From: a virus
Taxonomy: Duplodnaviria; Caudoviricetes
Length of the DNA: 55,852 nt
Virus record (IMG/VR): IMGVR_UViG_3300037127_000017
Coordinates: 1-55,852 of that record
Reading direction: 5' to 3' (one strand)
Shown: positions 26,844 through 36,414 of the stretch, in pieces
Layout of the letters: each line of letters opens with the position of its first letter
Position numbering within the stretch: the stretch's first letter is position 1
Notes under the pieces: generated by a model
The model's input: only the letters and a program-made list of their open reading frames with translations
The model's database searches: none
Told to the model about the DNA's origin: nothing
Translations under genes and position numbers: made by a program

Positions 26844-27715
26844 GTTGGCATCACGCCCTTCTTATATTTATTAAGGACGCTTGCATATCTTTCTGTTATT
26901 TGTTTAGAAGTATCCCATTTGTATTGTAACTCCCCTTCCTTTAGGCTAATAAGTCCATTATTTTGCCTTGTTTGAGAATTATAAGATTCAGAAACCATAT
27001 TAATTACAACATCTTCTAAATCATATGGCAATGTTCTACTCGTTTCAGGTTCAAGAGTATATCCAGCACTATAAGACACTTCTATATGTCGAACTGGTCC
27101 AGTTATATCTCCAACATAACCAGTTTGGTATCCGTACCAAGTCCATCCAATTCCTCTGAATACAATACCCTTATCCAAATATGTTTGTATGCTGGTTTCG
27201 TATTCTGTGCCTGCTGTATAAGTAGAAGACAAAGATTTAACAGATGTAATATAATTTATAGGAAATTCATTACAAACTAATTCTTGTTGCCCTAATCCTT
27301 TGTGCCATTCAGTGTAAGTATCTTTAATAAATTTTCGATTACAATGTCTAGAAACTAAATCACTAGCACTGTTTATCCATCTTTCAATTTGATTGTCGCT
27401 ATCATAATCCCATAAATAATATGTATATGATGATATAGTTATACTTCCAGTTCGTGAAGCAGTAAAAGTTATTTGACCTAAGCTATAATCAATGGTCATA
27501 TTTGCAGTTGATAAAGTAGTGCTTGCAGTTCCAGAAACCTCTGCAAATGTTCCAAATTGATTTATTGCTAAATCAGTATTATCAAATTGGAAAGTTACAT
27601 TAGATGTATCTGTAGCATCTAGCGTTTCAGTTGACGTAACATCAGTTAAAGTGTATAAGTTTAAATATCTTCTTATGGTAGTCATAGTTGTTAGAGCTTG
27701 TGCAGATAAAGCCAT
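26840..27715 (-). CDS. Head-tail connector protein with Thr/Ser-rich insertion
   Basis: INSAS..V.RHCNRKF, IEVSYSAGY, LPYDLE. Confidence 0.8.
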   Translation of the reverse strand: MALSAQALTTMTTIRRYLNLYTLTDVTSTETLDATDTSNVTFQFDNTDLAINQFGTFAEVSGTASTTLSTANMTIDYSLGQITFTASRTGSITISSYTYYLWDYDSDNQIERWINSASDLVSRHCNRKFIKDTYTEWHKGLGQQELVCNEFPINYITSVKSLSSTYTAGTEYETSIQTYLDKGIVFRGIGWTWYGYQTGYVGDITGPVRHIEVSYSAGYTLEPETSRTLPYDLEDVVINMVSESYNSQTRQNNGLISLKEGELQYKWDTSKQITERYASVLNKYKKGVMPT

Positions 27716-27766
27716 ATATTTCACCCCTTTTCAGATGGGGAATAGGGGAAATATTCCCCATATTAA

Positions 27767-28183
27767 TTATGCTGGTGGGTTACTATCGTAATCACCAAGT
27801 ACAAACCCAGCGGTAACATTACTTGTAGTAGTTGTTGCAGCAGTAACAGAAATATAAGCTTTTAGCCATCTTTTAGCTCCTAATAAATCCATGTCAATCG
27901 TATCAGAAGTTACTACAGCAGTTGAAGTCACGCTAAGTGTATATGTAGAAGATTCATATACAGTATAAGTTCCTGAAACTGTATCAGAATCATAAACATA
28001 TACATGAAAAGCTGTATTATTTCCACTATTAGCAATAGTTGATATGAATAATTGTGCAGATGCTGCGCCTTTTGTATCTATTCCTTCGCCAGTTTCTTGT
28101 GCAGTTGTAGCAGCTGACATAATTCCTATGTAGCTTATTTTTGTTAAAGCTTGATCAATTAAATTTCTTCTTGAAATACCCAT
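27767..28183 (-). CDS. Putative capsid decoration protein
   Basis: Follows the MCP; GIDTKG, DSDT, KRWLK pattern; 38/138 Ser+Thr. Confidence 0.65.
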   Translation of the reverse strand: MGISRRNLIDQALTKISYIGIMSAATTAQETGEGIDTKGAASAQLFISTIANSGNNTAFHVYVYDSDTVSGTYTVYESSTYTLSVTSTAVVTSDTIDMDLLGAKRWLKAYISVTAATTTTSNVTAGFVLGDYDSNPPA

Positions 28184-28213
28184 CTTGTCAACCTCCTTAT
28201 AAAATTTTATTTA

Positions 28214-29410
28214 TTATGAACTATGTTTCCTGTTGTAGATTAAGAAAGATTCATCATGCCTATATCCAAAATCATGCTTCATTGTAAGCTTGATAACCGT
28301 TTGATCTCTCTGGAAAGCAGAAACTAAACTTCCGCCAGTTGTATATGAAGCTTCTTGTGAACTCATAACTTCCATACTCAACTCATCACCAATCATGAAC
28401 TCTGAGAAATCGCCCAAGAACATGTCATAATAAGTTGTTCCAGTTGTGGAGTTTGCTGTATCTATTTGATTTGAAACAAAATAAGGAATATTAAGTATTT
28501 TTCCGCCATTCATTTCTTCTCTATAGATGTATTGATTAGTTGTAGTTTTTAGGTTATAGAATTCTTGTTCTGTTTTAGAATTCATTAACCAGCCTGGGCT
28601 TTTCATTGGAACGTTTAAGAACTTTAAAGCTCCACGCATGATTGCAGGATCATCAGCGGACCATACAGCAGTAGTAGCAGAATAATTAGCTGTGTAATCT
28701 CTTTTGATTTTAGTTTTAATTCCAAGTGGAGTAAATTCAGTGCCTGCTCCATACATTGCTGTATAATCAAATTTCAAACCAGCTTGTCTTGTTATATCAT
28801 CTCTGATAATTGAGTCAGCCATAGGGTTTGCTTGTCTAATTAAATCATTAGAAACTGGAACTAATACAGTCAATTTTTTCCCTGACATTGTTTCGTTGCC
28901 GAATTCCTGTTGTGATTCTGTTGCATCTGCATTTTCGCCTTGATAATAAGCAGTTGCTCCACCAGTAAGTTTAGGAATAGAAATATTGCCTTTTGGCATT
29001 GGAACTCTTTTAGCTCCAGTTCTATTAATTATAGAATCGGATAACAATAGTTCTATTACCTCAGTTGACATTTCTTGATCAATCAAGAAACCACCATCGG
29101 CTGGAGTAGTAGAGGAAAGAGCTTTTAATGTTTCATGTAATTTTAAATCATTTGGATACATTCCAGTATTTGATCTTTCACCTTTCGCAAAACGTAAAGC
29201 TTTTTCAGGATCATTTTTTGATAGTGCTAATAATTTTGCAACTCTAGTAAATACAACACTATTATCTACTTTTTCTGCTTTTCTTTCTGATTTCTTTGAT
29301 TCAAAAACTTCATTATATTTTCTTTGTGTTTCCTCTAAAGGTTTTACTGCTTCATTGATTTCACCTTTAACAGTATCCTTTATCATATTTTTCAATTCAT
29401 CAATCTTCAT
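28214..29410 (-). CDS. Major capsid protein (HK97 fold)
   Basis: DGGFLI, AYYQGE, KLTVLVPVSNDLI, GDFS, FQRDQTVIK. Confidence 0.95.
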   Translation of the reverse strand: MKIDELKNMIKDTVKGEINEAVKPLEETQRKYNEVFESKKSERKAEKVDNSVVFTRVAKLLALSKNDPEKALRFAKGERSNTGMYPNDLKLHETLKALSSTTPADGGFLIDQEMSTEVIELLLSDSIINRTGAKRVPMPKGNISIPKLTGGATAYYQGENADATESQQEFGNETMSGKKLTVLVPVSNDLIRQANPMADSIIRDDITRQAGLKFDYTAMYGAGTEFTPLGIKTKIKRDYTANYSATTAVWSADDPAIMRGALKFLNVPMKSPGWLMNSKTEQEFYNLKTTTNQYIYREEMNGGKILNIPYFVSNQIDTANSTTGTTYYDMFLGDFSEFMIGDELSMEVMSSQEASYTTGGSLVSAFQRDQTVIKLTMKHDFGYRHDESFLIYNRKHSS

Positions 29411-29412
29411 TT

Positions 29413-30318
29413 CTAATTACCTCCTTTAATTTTGTTTAATTCTTCTTTCAAAACACCTTTGATTAATTGTTTGATTTCATCTTGTTCAATTTCTAGTTCA
29501 TCTAAAGCATCATTTTTTTCAATTTCATCAACAACAATTTCATCAAGGTTAATTTCATTTTTTTCTTCTTCATCATTTTGTTTTTCTAAAATTTCTTTGT
29601 TGCTTTTATATAAAAAAGACACTTCCTCTTTTAGTGCCTTTATTAAACAATTTGTTTCTTCAATATCTTTTTTGAATTTTTCTATAATGTCAATTTGATA
29701 TTTTTCTAAATCATTTTTAGTTAATTTTGTTTCTTTATTATCTTGTTTTACGATTTCTTTTTTCTCAATAAAAGTATCGAAATATTCATCTTTCTCAATT
29801 TCTTTTTTGAATATCTTAATATCTAATCCCTTTACTTGTTGTAAAGCCTCTGGGTTAGAGGGAACAGGAACAGCAGATAATTCAAGCAATTCTTGTTTGC
29901 TAAAATCAATCCCTTTATTTTCATCATTGTATTCGCCCTCTATAGCCTTAAATCCAACACTAACTGCATTCAGATACTTATTTTTATACATATGATAAAC
30001 AGTATCAGCAAATTTAGCATGTTCGGAAGGATTCTTTTCATCACTAGATAGTTCAGATATTTTCGGAAATTTCACATCAAATATTAAGCTTTTATCTGAT
30101 TTTAGTAATGAAACAGTTTTTCCAACTGGAAGCGTTCCATAATCATGAACTGCAAGAAATACAGGGTTTTTCATGTAATTATGAGTTTCCCATCCATCTG
30201 ATTTTATTGTATCATTATCGCGATCTTTGCTTTCAGTTGTTCCAACAAACCTTAATACACGTTCATCTTCATTTCCAACTTCTTTGACTTTAAAGTTTTC
30301 ATATATCTTTTTGTTCAT
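29413..30318 (-). CDS. HK97-type prohead protease
   Basis: DRDND.I, NPVFL.VH, AVSVGF, ELLELSAVPVPSNPEAL. Confidence 0.93.
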   Translation of the reverse strand: MNKKIYENFKVKEVGNEDERVLRFVGTTESKDRDNDTIKSDGWETHNYMKNPVFLAVHDYGTLPVGKTVSLLKSDKSLIFDVKFPKISELSSDEKNPSEHAKFADTVYHMYKNKYLNAVSVGFKAIEGEYNDENKGIDFSKQELLELSAVPVPSNPEALQQVKGLDIKIFKKEIEKDEYFDTFIEKKEIVKQDNKETKLTKNDLEKYQIDIIEKFKKDIEETNCLIKALKEEVSFLYKSNKEILEKQNDEEEKNEINLDEIVVDEIEKNDALDELEIEQDEIKQLIKGVLKEELNKIKGGN

Positions 30319-30336
30319 AAAATCACCTCACTTAAA

Positions 30337-31218
30337 TTAAAAATCTGTGTTATCGTGCAATCTATTAATCGTTTCTTGATCAATGTCAAGATTAAATAAA
30401 ATAAATTCTGATAAATAACCCTTATAAGCACCACTGCCAGACAAGAAATCGTTCCCAATTTGACTTAACGTTCCACCTTGATCAACATTTCCCTCTGCAA
30501 AAGCTGAATCCGTTTCATACAAAACTCCATCATAAAATCCTTTAGCAACAGTGTCATTTCTCGTAAATGTATATGTTTGATTAGCTGTATTGATTCCAGC
30601 TTTTTTTAATGCTGTATATTTATCACTCGTCGCACAATTAGCATTAAAAGTGTATCCATATGCTTCCGCAGCGTTTTGTTCACACCAAAACCCAGTTCCA
30701 GCAGCTTGCTTTAAAGTGTATACAACATTCCAGTTATTTGGAGATGCATCTGGATTTATCCTAAAATATGAAGTGAATTTCAAGCCAAATTCACTTAATA
30801 TATTGTCATTGTTTTCTAATACATCGCCATTTGGATCAGCTGCGCCATCAAAATATATAAAATTTGTATTCATCGTTCCTGAACTAACTATCAATGGTCT
30901 ATTAGCGCTATTGGATTGACTCCAGTTGTAATTTCCAGCTTGATCATACATTATATTTACATAACCATCTGTACCAGCACAAAATTCCTCTAATGTATCT
31001 TGATCGACAAGTCCATTAACGAATTCTATATCTTTTGTTTGGCTATCACTTGCCCTTATAACTTGCATACAATATCCTGTATAATTTCGATTAATTAATC
31101 TTTTGCTAATACATGTAATTACATTATCAAAATCAATATCAAGGCCATATGCATAAGTATAAGGATTAATAATCGGGTTTATGTCTGGGTTTATGCTTGG
31201 TTTTAAAATCGGTTCCAT
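30337..31218 (-). CDS. ConA/LamG-like (arabinofuranosidase-B-like) beta-sandwich protein, probably virion-associated
   Basis: YTGYCMQVIRASD, GYVNIMYDQAG, YKGYLSEFILFN. Confidence 0.7.
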   Translation of the reverse strand: MEPILKPSINPDINPIINPYTYAYGLDIDFDNVITCISKRLINRNYTGYCMQVIRASDSQTKDIEFVNGLVDQDTLEEFCAGTDGYVNIMYDQAGNYNWSQSNSANRPLIVSSGTMNTNFIYFDGAADPNGDVLENNDNILSEFGLKFTSYFRINPDASPNNWNVVYTLKQAAGTGFWCEQNAAEAYGYTFNANCATSDKYTALKKAGINTANQTYTFTRNDTVAKGFYDGVLYETDSAFAEGNVDQGGTLSQIGNDFLSGSGAYKGYLSEFILFNLDIDQETINRLHDNTDF

Positions 31219-31233
31219 GCAATCACCCCTTTT

Positions 31234-31641
31234 TTATGTGCCTTCTAATTCTGTTATTATTACATTTAAAGTCGAATTTGATGTAACAGCTGCGTCGGCT
31301 TCAAATCCAATAGAAACACTTGCATTGTTAAATAAGCCTCTTACATGTGAATGAACTGCATCAACACTTAACCCTTTGGTTGTAGAAACTGCTGAAATTG
31401 TAACAGATACAGCTAAGTCACTTGTAAATGAAGCAGTTCCAACTGTTACAACAGGTCTTATATCTGCGCTTATATCACTTACCGAGTCTGTTGTTATCAT
31501 TACTTCATGTAAAAGTGTTGTTGTAGTTTGTGAGCTTGGGAATGAAAGTGATAATGTTTGAGTCGTTCCAGCAGTTACACCCGCTGTAAATGTTACTGTT
31601 CCAGTAACAATCACCTTCCCGCTCCTATTTGTTCTTAGCAT
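31234..31641 (-). CDS. Thr/Ser-rich putative structural protein
   Basis: 44/135 Ser+Thr; GGAGGTG RBS; inside the head module. Confidence 0.65.
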   Translation of the reverse strand: MLRTNRSGKVIVTGTVTFTAGVTAGTTQTLSLSFPSSQTTTTLLHEVMITTDSVSDISADIRPVVTVGTASFTSDLAVSVTISAVSTTKGLSVDAVHSHVRGLFNNASVSIGFEADAAVTSNSTLNVIITELEGT

Positions 31642-31653
31642 TCAAACACCTCC

Positions 31654-32241
31654 TTATATAGCTTCTTGTATCCAATATAATATTACTGAAACTTCTCCGT
31701 CTTGCGATGAAGAGTTTTGCACTCGAAAAAGAATCTGTTCATCAGGATTCATCGTAACGCACGCATTTAGTAATGCTGGCTGGGCTGAATATGCTCCTGT
31801 AGTTCTTCCACCTATTACTTCTTGTGCAAATATTTTTCTTGTTAAAAATAAAGTGCCTGTTGCTGTAACTGTAACACCAGCTATTACGGTTAATTGTGGA
31901 TCATCTGCAAAATTTCTATTTAAATTAAAAGCATTCGTTAATGGCGTTCCTCCGTTATAACCTGGGTCTATATATGCTTCCAAGAAATATTCAGGAAAAT
32001 TAATTTGTATATCCGAGCTTAATACTTTTATCCTATATCCAGCTTCTGCAGATATAATAGTATCTGTTGTTTGACCAGCAGAATACGAGCTTACAAAAGA
32101 TACTTGATATTGGTATCCAAGCTCTTGGCTAATAGTTTGATAATCCTTGCTTTTTGAATACATTTCATTTTTATTAGTATCTGTTAAGTTGATTAAATGT
32201 CTATATATTTCCTTTGTTTGCATTTTAACCACTCTTTTCAT
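31654..32241 (-). CDS. Hypothetical beta-rich protein, possibly structural
   Basis: ORF in the head module; true start may be 32223. Confidence 0.6.
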   Translation of the reverse strand: MKRVVKMQTKEIYRHLINLTDTNKNEMYSKSKDYQTISQELGYQYQVSFVSSYSAGQTTDTIISAEAGYRIKVLSSDIQINFPEYFLEAYIDPGYNGGTPLTNAFNLNRNFADDPQLTVIAGVTVTATGTLFLTRKIFAQEVIGGRTTGAYSAQPALLNACVTMNPDEQILFRVQNSSSQDGEVSVILYWIQEAI

Positions 32242-32273
32242 TTGTATTATTAAATTTTTTTAGAATCCATTTT

Positions 32274-32420
32274 TTATCCTCGTGTTTCTAACATAAGATC
32301 AGTTTTTTTAGCCACTAATACAAAATGTTGCTCTAAAGCTTCCATGTATTTTTTTGTCATTTCATTTAATTCATTAATATGAGATTCATACTTAAGCAGT
32401 TCTACATTTTTATAACCCAT
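32274..32420 (-). CDS. Small hypothetical protein (48 aa)
   Basis: AAGGAGGT RBS; MGYKNVELLKYESH... Confidence 0.55.
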   Translation of the reverse strand: MGYKNVELLKYESHINELNEMTKKYMEALEQHFVLVAKKTDLMLETRG

Positions 32421-32535
32421 TTCTACCTCCTTATTAAACTCCACGCATTTTTATTAAACTCCACACATTTTTATCCTAAATTTTTCCTAATTCTAATTAT
32501 ACAAAACATTAATTTTGTATAATTAGACCAAAATT

Positions 32536-34557
32536 TTAAATAACAGGTAAAAGCGCGCATCTACAATTTGGCTCTCCAGGTTGCATTAATCCATTCGAAA
32601 ATGGTTTGTCAATATCAACCACTTCACCTTCAATTGCAGAATGTTCTGGTCTAACTCTATTATCTTTAGCAGTTGACCATTCTTTTTGTTTTACATCAGC
32701 TGCTTTATAAGTATTTAAAGCCCCAACGTTTACACTTGTCATTGTTTCAGTTCTTGCGATCAATGTAGCTCTATAATCTTTTGCTTCGGAATAAACAGAG
32801 CTAACTCTATCACGTAATTTTGGTATAGATTCGCCTTCATTTATTCCTTCTGTTAATGTTTTTCTTAAAGCATCTTTTGTTGTATCGTTAATTCCTTTTG
32901 CTTTTTCTAAACCTTCCTTTTCTACCCATTCTGATAATTTAGGATTAACCAAATCGAATGATATCCCTAAACCAAAAGCCGAATTTGATATCTTATAGCC
33001 TTCTTCTAAAGCTTTAAGCCATAGTGGTGTTAGTTCTGAATATAATAATTCAGCCTCTTTATCCCAATCCAGCACTGCTTCGATATCGTATTCTTTTTTA
33101 TAAGATTTCTTTAGTGATTCATTTACTTTATTTTGTTGCTTTTGAAAATATTTCTTCATTGTACTAATAAATTGTTTCTCTTGTTTTTCTGCTGTTTCAT
33201 CAGCCAATGTAACAAAATCAATTTTTTGTTGTTGTGTTAGTTCTTTTTTTTTAATGCCTTTTTCAGCATTTGGATTATTTTGTTCTAAAATTGCATCTGG
33301 TATTTCCACGCCTTCCTTGACAGGTGTTGGAATCATATTTAACGGAGTATATAAAATTTGTCCTCTATCATCTGGCAGTGGATCATATCCATTTGAAATT
33401 CGCCACTCATCAACAGTCAAACCGCCCCATTTAAGACCGTCATTATGTCTTTGCAATTCAAACTCCTTATCCTCAGGCACTACATTGTCATGCTGGACAT
33501 AAATATTAGTCCCAAAATCTGGTGTTAATTGTTTGTTGATGGTATCATCGATAAATTTAAGCTCTTTTCTCAATACATTTTTTGTATAAAGATAATATGC
33601 AGCATCTATCGTGGACCGATTGGAGTTTTCTAGTATTCCAAACAATTCTGGTGGAATACAAAAATGCTGGTTTGATAAATCCCTTAGATATTTTCTGGAT
33701 GCAACAAAATCCATATCTTTGTTAGTTTCTTTTAGAATTTTAATTTGAGCATCCCAGTTTAACCAAGCCATTTTGTCTTGATTATTATAACCACCATATT
33801 TTTGATTCCATCTTTTTTCTACTCTATCTATTGCATCATCATCTGCCCCTGGCATCATTCCGACTGCCTTAGGAATTGCATTATTCCAGAAGAAACGTTT
33901 TTGTTGTTTGGCCATGTACTCATCTGTTTCGAGTTCATCGCCAATTCCTTCCGCTCTACCCATTCCGCGTAAATATGGGTTATAAGCATCAGGTTTTTTG
34001 AAATAAACCATGTCCCTAGTAGGTACCTCTATTAATGAAGCACTTGTATTCCCCTGAGGGTAGATTTGAAACGTTTCTCTTCCCTGAGATGGGATAGCAA
34101 ATACCCAACTTGGTGGAACAGGCCATAATTGTGTAACTACATCTAAAGCATTTCGTTCTTTGATCCAAAATGCTTCTCCAGATGGCAGTAATAAATATAC
34201 CATTGTCAGATAAAACAAGGCATATTCCGTTATGGTATCGTCAAGACAAGGATTCTGTAAAAGCTTATATAACCTGTGTGTTTCTTTTTTGAATTTATTC
34301 TTATCATATTTGTTATACACGCCATAACAGGCACAACCAACATCTGATGCAATTTGATGCACAGGATTCATTCGTGGGCTTTTGCTATATAAGTCAATCC
34401 AATCTGCTGTACTTCTGCGTGGTGGCTCGCCATAACTAGGTAAAAAGCTCTGCTGGAAGCTTTGAGCGTTAGGATTGCCAAATATAGCACTTTTAACAAG
34501 GCTAATTCTTTGTTTAAATCCAATTTTTTGTTTCGGAAAATCTCGAGGGTCAAACAA
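32536..34557 (-). CDS. Portal protein fused to MuF/gp7 head-morphogenesis domain
   Basis: Portal motifs (GEAFW, FFWNNAIP, SNRST, TVDEWR), then RATLIARTET, KEWSTAKDNRVRPEH, PNCRC. Confidence 0.92.
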   Translation of the reverse strand: MFDPRDFPKQKIGFKQRISLVKSAIFGNPNAQSFQQSFLPSYGEPPRRSTADWIDLYSKSPRMNPVHQIASDVGCACYGVYNKYDKNKFKKETHRLYKLLQNPCLDDTITEYALFYLTMVYLLLPSGEAFWIKERNALDVVTQLWPVPPSWVFAIPSQGRETFQIYPQGNTSASLIEVPTRDMVYFKKPDAYNPYLRGMGRAEGIGDELETDEYMAKQQKRFFWNNAIPKAVGMMPGADDDAIDRVEKRWNQKYGGYNNQDKMAWLNWDAQIKILKETNKDMDFVASRKYLRDLSNQHFCIPPELFGILENSNRSTIDAAYYLYTKNVLRKELKFIDDTINKQLTPDFGTNIYVQHDNVVPEDKEFELQRHNDGLKWGGLTVDEWRISNGYDPLPDDRGQILYTPLNMIPTPVKEGVEIPDAILEQNNPNAEKGIKKKELTQQQKIDFVTLADETAEKQEKQFISTMKKYFQKQQNKVNESLKKSYKKEYDIEAVLDWDKEAELLYSELTPLWLKALEEGYKISNSAFGLGISFDLVNPKLSEWVEKEGLEKAKGINDTTKDALRKTLTEGINEGESIPKLRDRVSSVYSEAKDYRATLIARTETMTSVNVGALNTYKAADVKQKEWSTAKDNRVRPEHSAIEGEVVDIDKPFSNGLMQPGEPNCRCALLPVI

Positions 34558-34569
34558 GTTATCACCTCC

Positions 34570-36141
34570 TTATTTAATATAGAAATTTGGTTTTTTAAGC
34601 TGCTTTATTAAACTCTGTAATGCATCTGGAGCATCATCATGTTTTGTTGTCTTTGAATATGATTTAACCTGCTCGTTGAAATTTACATTAATCTTGTTGA
34701 ACAATATATTTCCTCCAGTTATGTCTGGCTCCATTTTCATGATTCTTATATGTTTATTTACCTGCTCCCATTGGTATAGAACTGATCTATATAAATTTTC
34801 ATTACAAAGTTTCTTTATTAATTCTGACTTTAATAAATCCTTAAATAAGTTTGATTCAAAGATAATTTCCTCAATTTGAGGATAAGATTTAATAAAAGCG
34901 CAGACAGTTTCCATAATCTTATATGGGTCGTCTCGGGATAATCTAGCATCTTTGATAAAATAACCACCGTTCAATTCTCCACCTACGACATAAGCTGAAT
35001 AATCATTCTTGCCCTCAGATGGATCAACAGCTAGCTTCAATTTATCTAATTTTTCAGGCCATTTATCCCAATATACAATATTTTTAAATTTATGATCATC
35101 AGAGTTTCGAGGTTCGTTTTGATCTTCTTTCCAGAATGCATCTTCTCCAAAAGTTTCTCTGTCTAGCATAACGTTATAATATGCTCCAGGATATTTTGTT
35201 TTATCTGGTGGCACTTTATTTGGCCATAAAACTTTTGTACCCTCTATCATTGCCATTTTATTTTCTATATAGAAATTGTAGGCATTTTCAAACCTGTTTT
35301 CATCTTTTATATTCCTATATATTTCTCTCCATCTATCCCACAAGGAATCATTTTTAGGAAAAGAAATAACCCTTTTTAATTTTGTTGTTTTCCAACTTGG
35401 GTCATTTTCTATCTTTGCCAACAAACTATCTTCACTCAATAATGTCCCAATATAAAAGAAATCTGTGTTATATTGTCCCAATCTCCCAATTTCTTCTCTG
35501 AAACAAAGTTCTAGCTTTTTAAATAAGCTTTCGCTTTCTATTGTCATCTTATCTTCTAAATCATCTAATATAATTAGATCAGGCCTAGTGTCTTTGTTTA
35601 ATCCTCTCAATCCTGATTTCCAGCCCGAACATGCCACCCACGTGCCTTTTGCAAATATTTCATCATTGTTCCATGCATGCTCTCGCTTGTTCCTGAATTT
35701 CCCGAAATCTTGTTCTATAGCTTTAGTTTGCAAAGCTTTTTTAATTTTTCCTAAAAAATTCGAGGCTATATCATTATTGGAGCTTATAAAAAATATAAAT
35801 TTCTTTTTTTGATAACAAGTTGCCCATGTTGGCATAGCAAAAGAGCAAAATGTCGATTTACCATGTTCACGCGGAGCTATTATAGCCTTTTTTTCACGTG
35901 AATTCGATTCAATTGTCTGCTTCAATTGATGAACAATAGTTCTGCTATAATCAGCAAATTCTCTTTCGAATTGATCTGGCAAATAAGCTTTGCAAAAATA
36001 TTCAGGGTAAATTTCTCCCAACATTCGCCTTAATCCGTTTACGCCTTCAAGAGGATATGCTTTTAATATATCAACTACATTTGCTTCACCAAATTCTTTA
36101 GCTACATATTCAATCAATAAATCTTTTTGGTATCCAAACAT
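34570..36141 (-). CDS. terL: Terminase large subunit
   Basis: APREHGKST, RPDLIILDDLE, YIGT, VDPS, HDDAPDAL. Confidence 0.93.
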   Translation of the reverse strand: MFGYQKDLLIEYVAKEFGEANVVDILKAYPLEGVNGLRRMLGEIYPEYFCKAYLPDQFEREFADYSRTIVHQLKQTIESNSREKKAIIAPREHGKSTFCSFAMPTWATCYQKKKFIFFISSNNDIASNFLGKIKKALQTKAIEQDFGKFRNKREHAWNNDEIFAKGTWVACSGWKSGLRGLNKDTRPDLIILDDLEDKMTIESESLFKKLELCFREEIGRLGQYNTDFFYIGTLLSEDSLLAKIENDPSWKTTKLKRVISFPKNDSLWDRWREIYRNIKDENRFENAYNFYIENKMAMIEGTKVLWPNKVPPDKTKYPGAYYNVMLDRETFGEDAFWKEDQNEPRNSDDHKFKNIVYWDKWPEKLDKLKLAVDPSEGKNDYSAYVVGGELNGGYFIKDARLSRDDPYKIMETVCAFIKSYPQIEEIIFESNLFKDLLKSELIKKLCNENLYRSVLYQWEQVNKHIRIMKMEPDITGGNILFNKINVNFNEQVKSYSKTTKHDDAPDALQSLIKQLKKPNFYIK

Positions 36142-36164
36142 AAAAAACACCTCATTTAAGCAAT

Positions 36165-36208
36165 AAAAAAAGACCATACTATTAGAATATATTCCTAATA
36201 ATATGGCC
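36165..36208 (-). terminator. Terminator-like hairpin immediately upstream of terL
   Basis: GGCCATATTATTAG...CTAATAGTATGGTC followed by a T run on - strand. Confidence 0.6.
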
Positions 36209-36219
36209 TACTTGAAGCA

Positions 36220-36414
36220 CTATTTTTTATTAAATTGTATATCTATTCTTATTGTAACATTTGCGCTATTTATTAACGCAGTTTGACCAGCACTATAAAC
36301 TAAAACTGCGTTTTTACATCTTTGACAAATAAGTCTATATTTAGCATCATCACCTTCTAAATAATGTGCTAACACCCTATAACAAAATGGACATTTAACT
36401 TTCTTTGTTTCCAT
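36220..36414 (-). CDS. Mu Com-like zinc-ribbon protein
   Basis: VKCPFC.RVL...ICQRCK. Confidence 0.65.
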   Translation of the reverse strand: METKKVKCPFCYRVLAHYLEGDDAKYRLICQRCKNAVLVYSAGQTALINSANVTIRIDIQFNKK

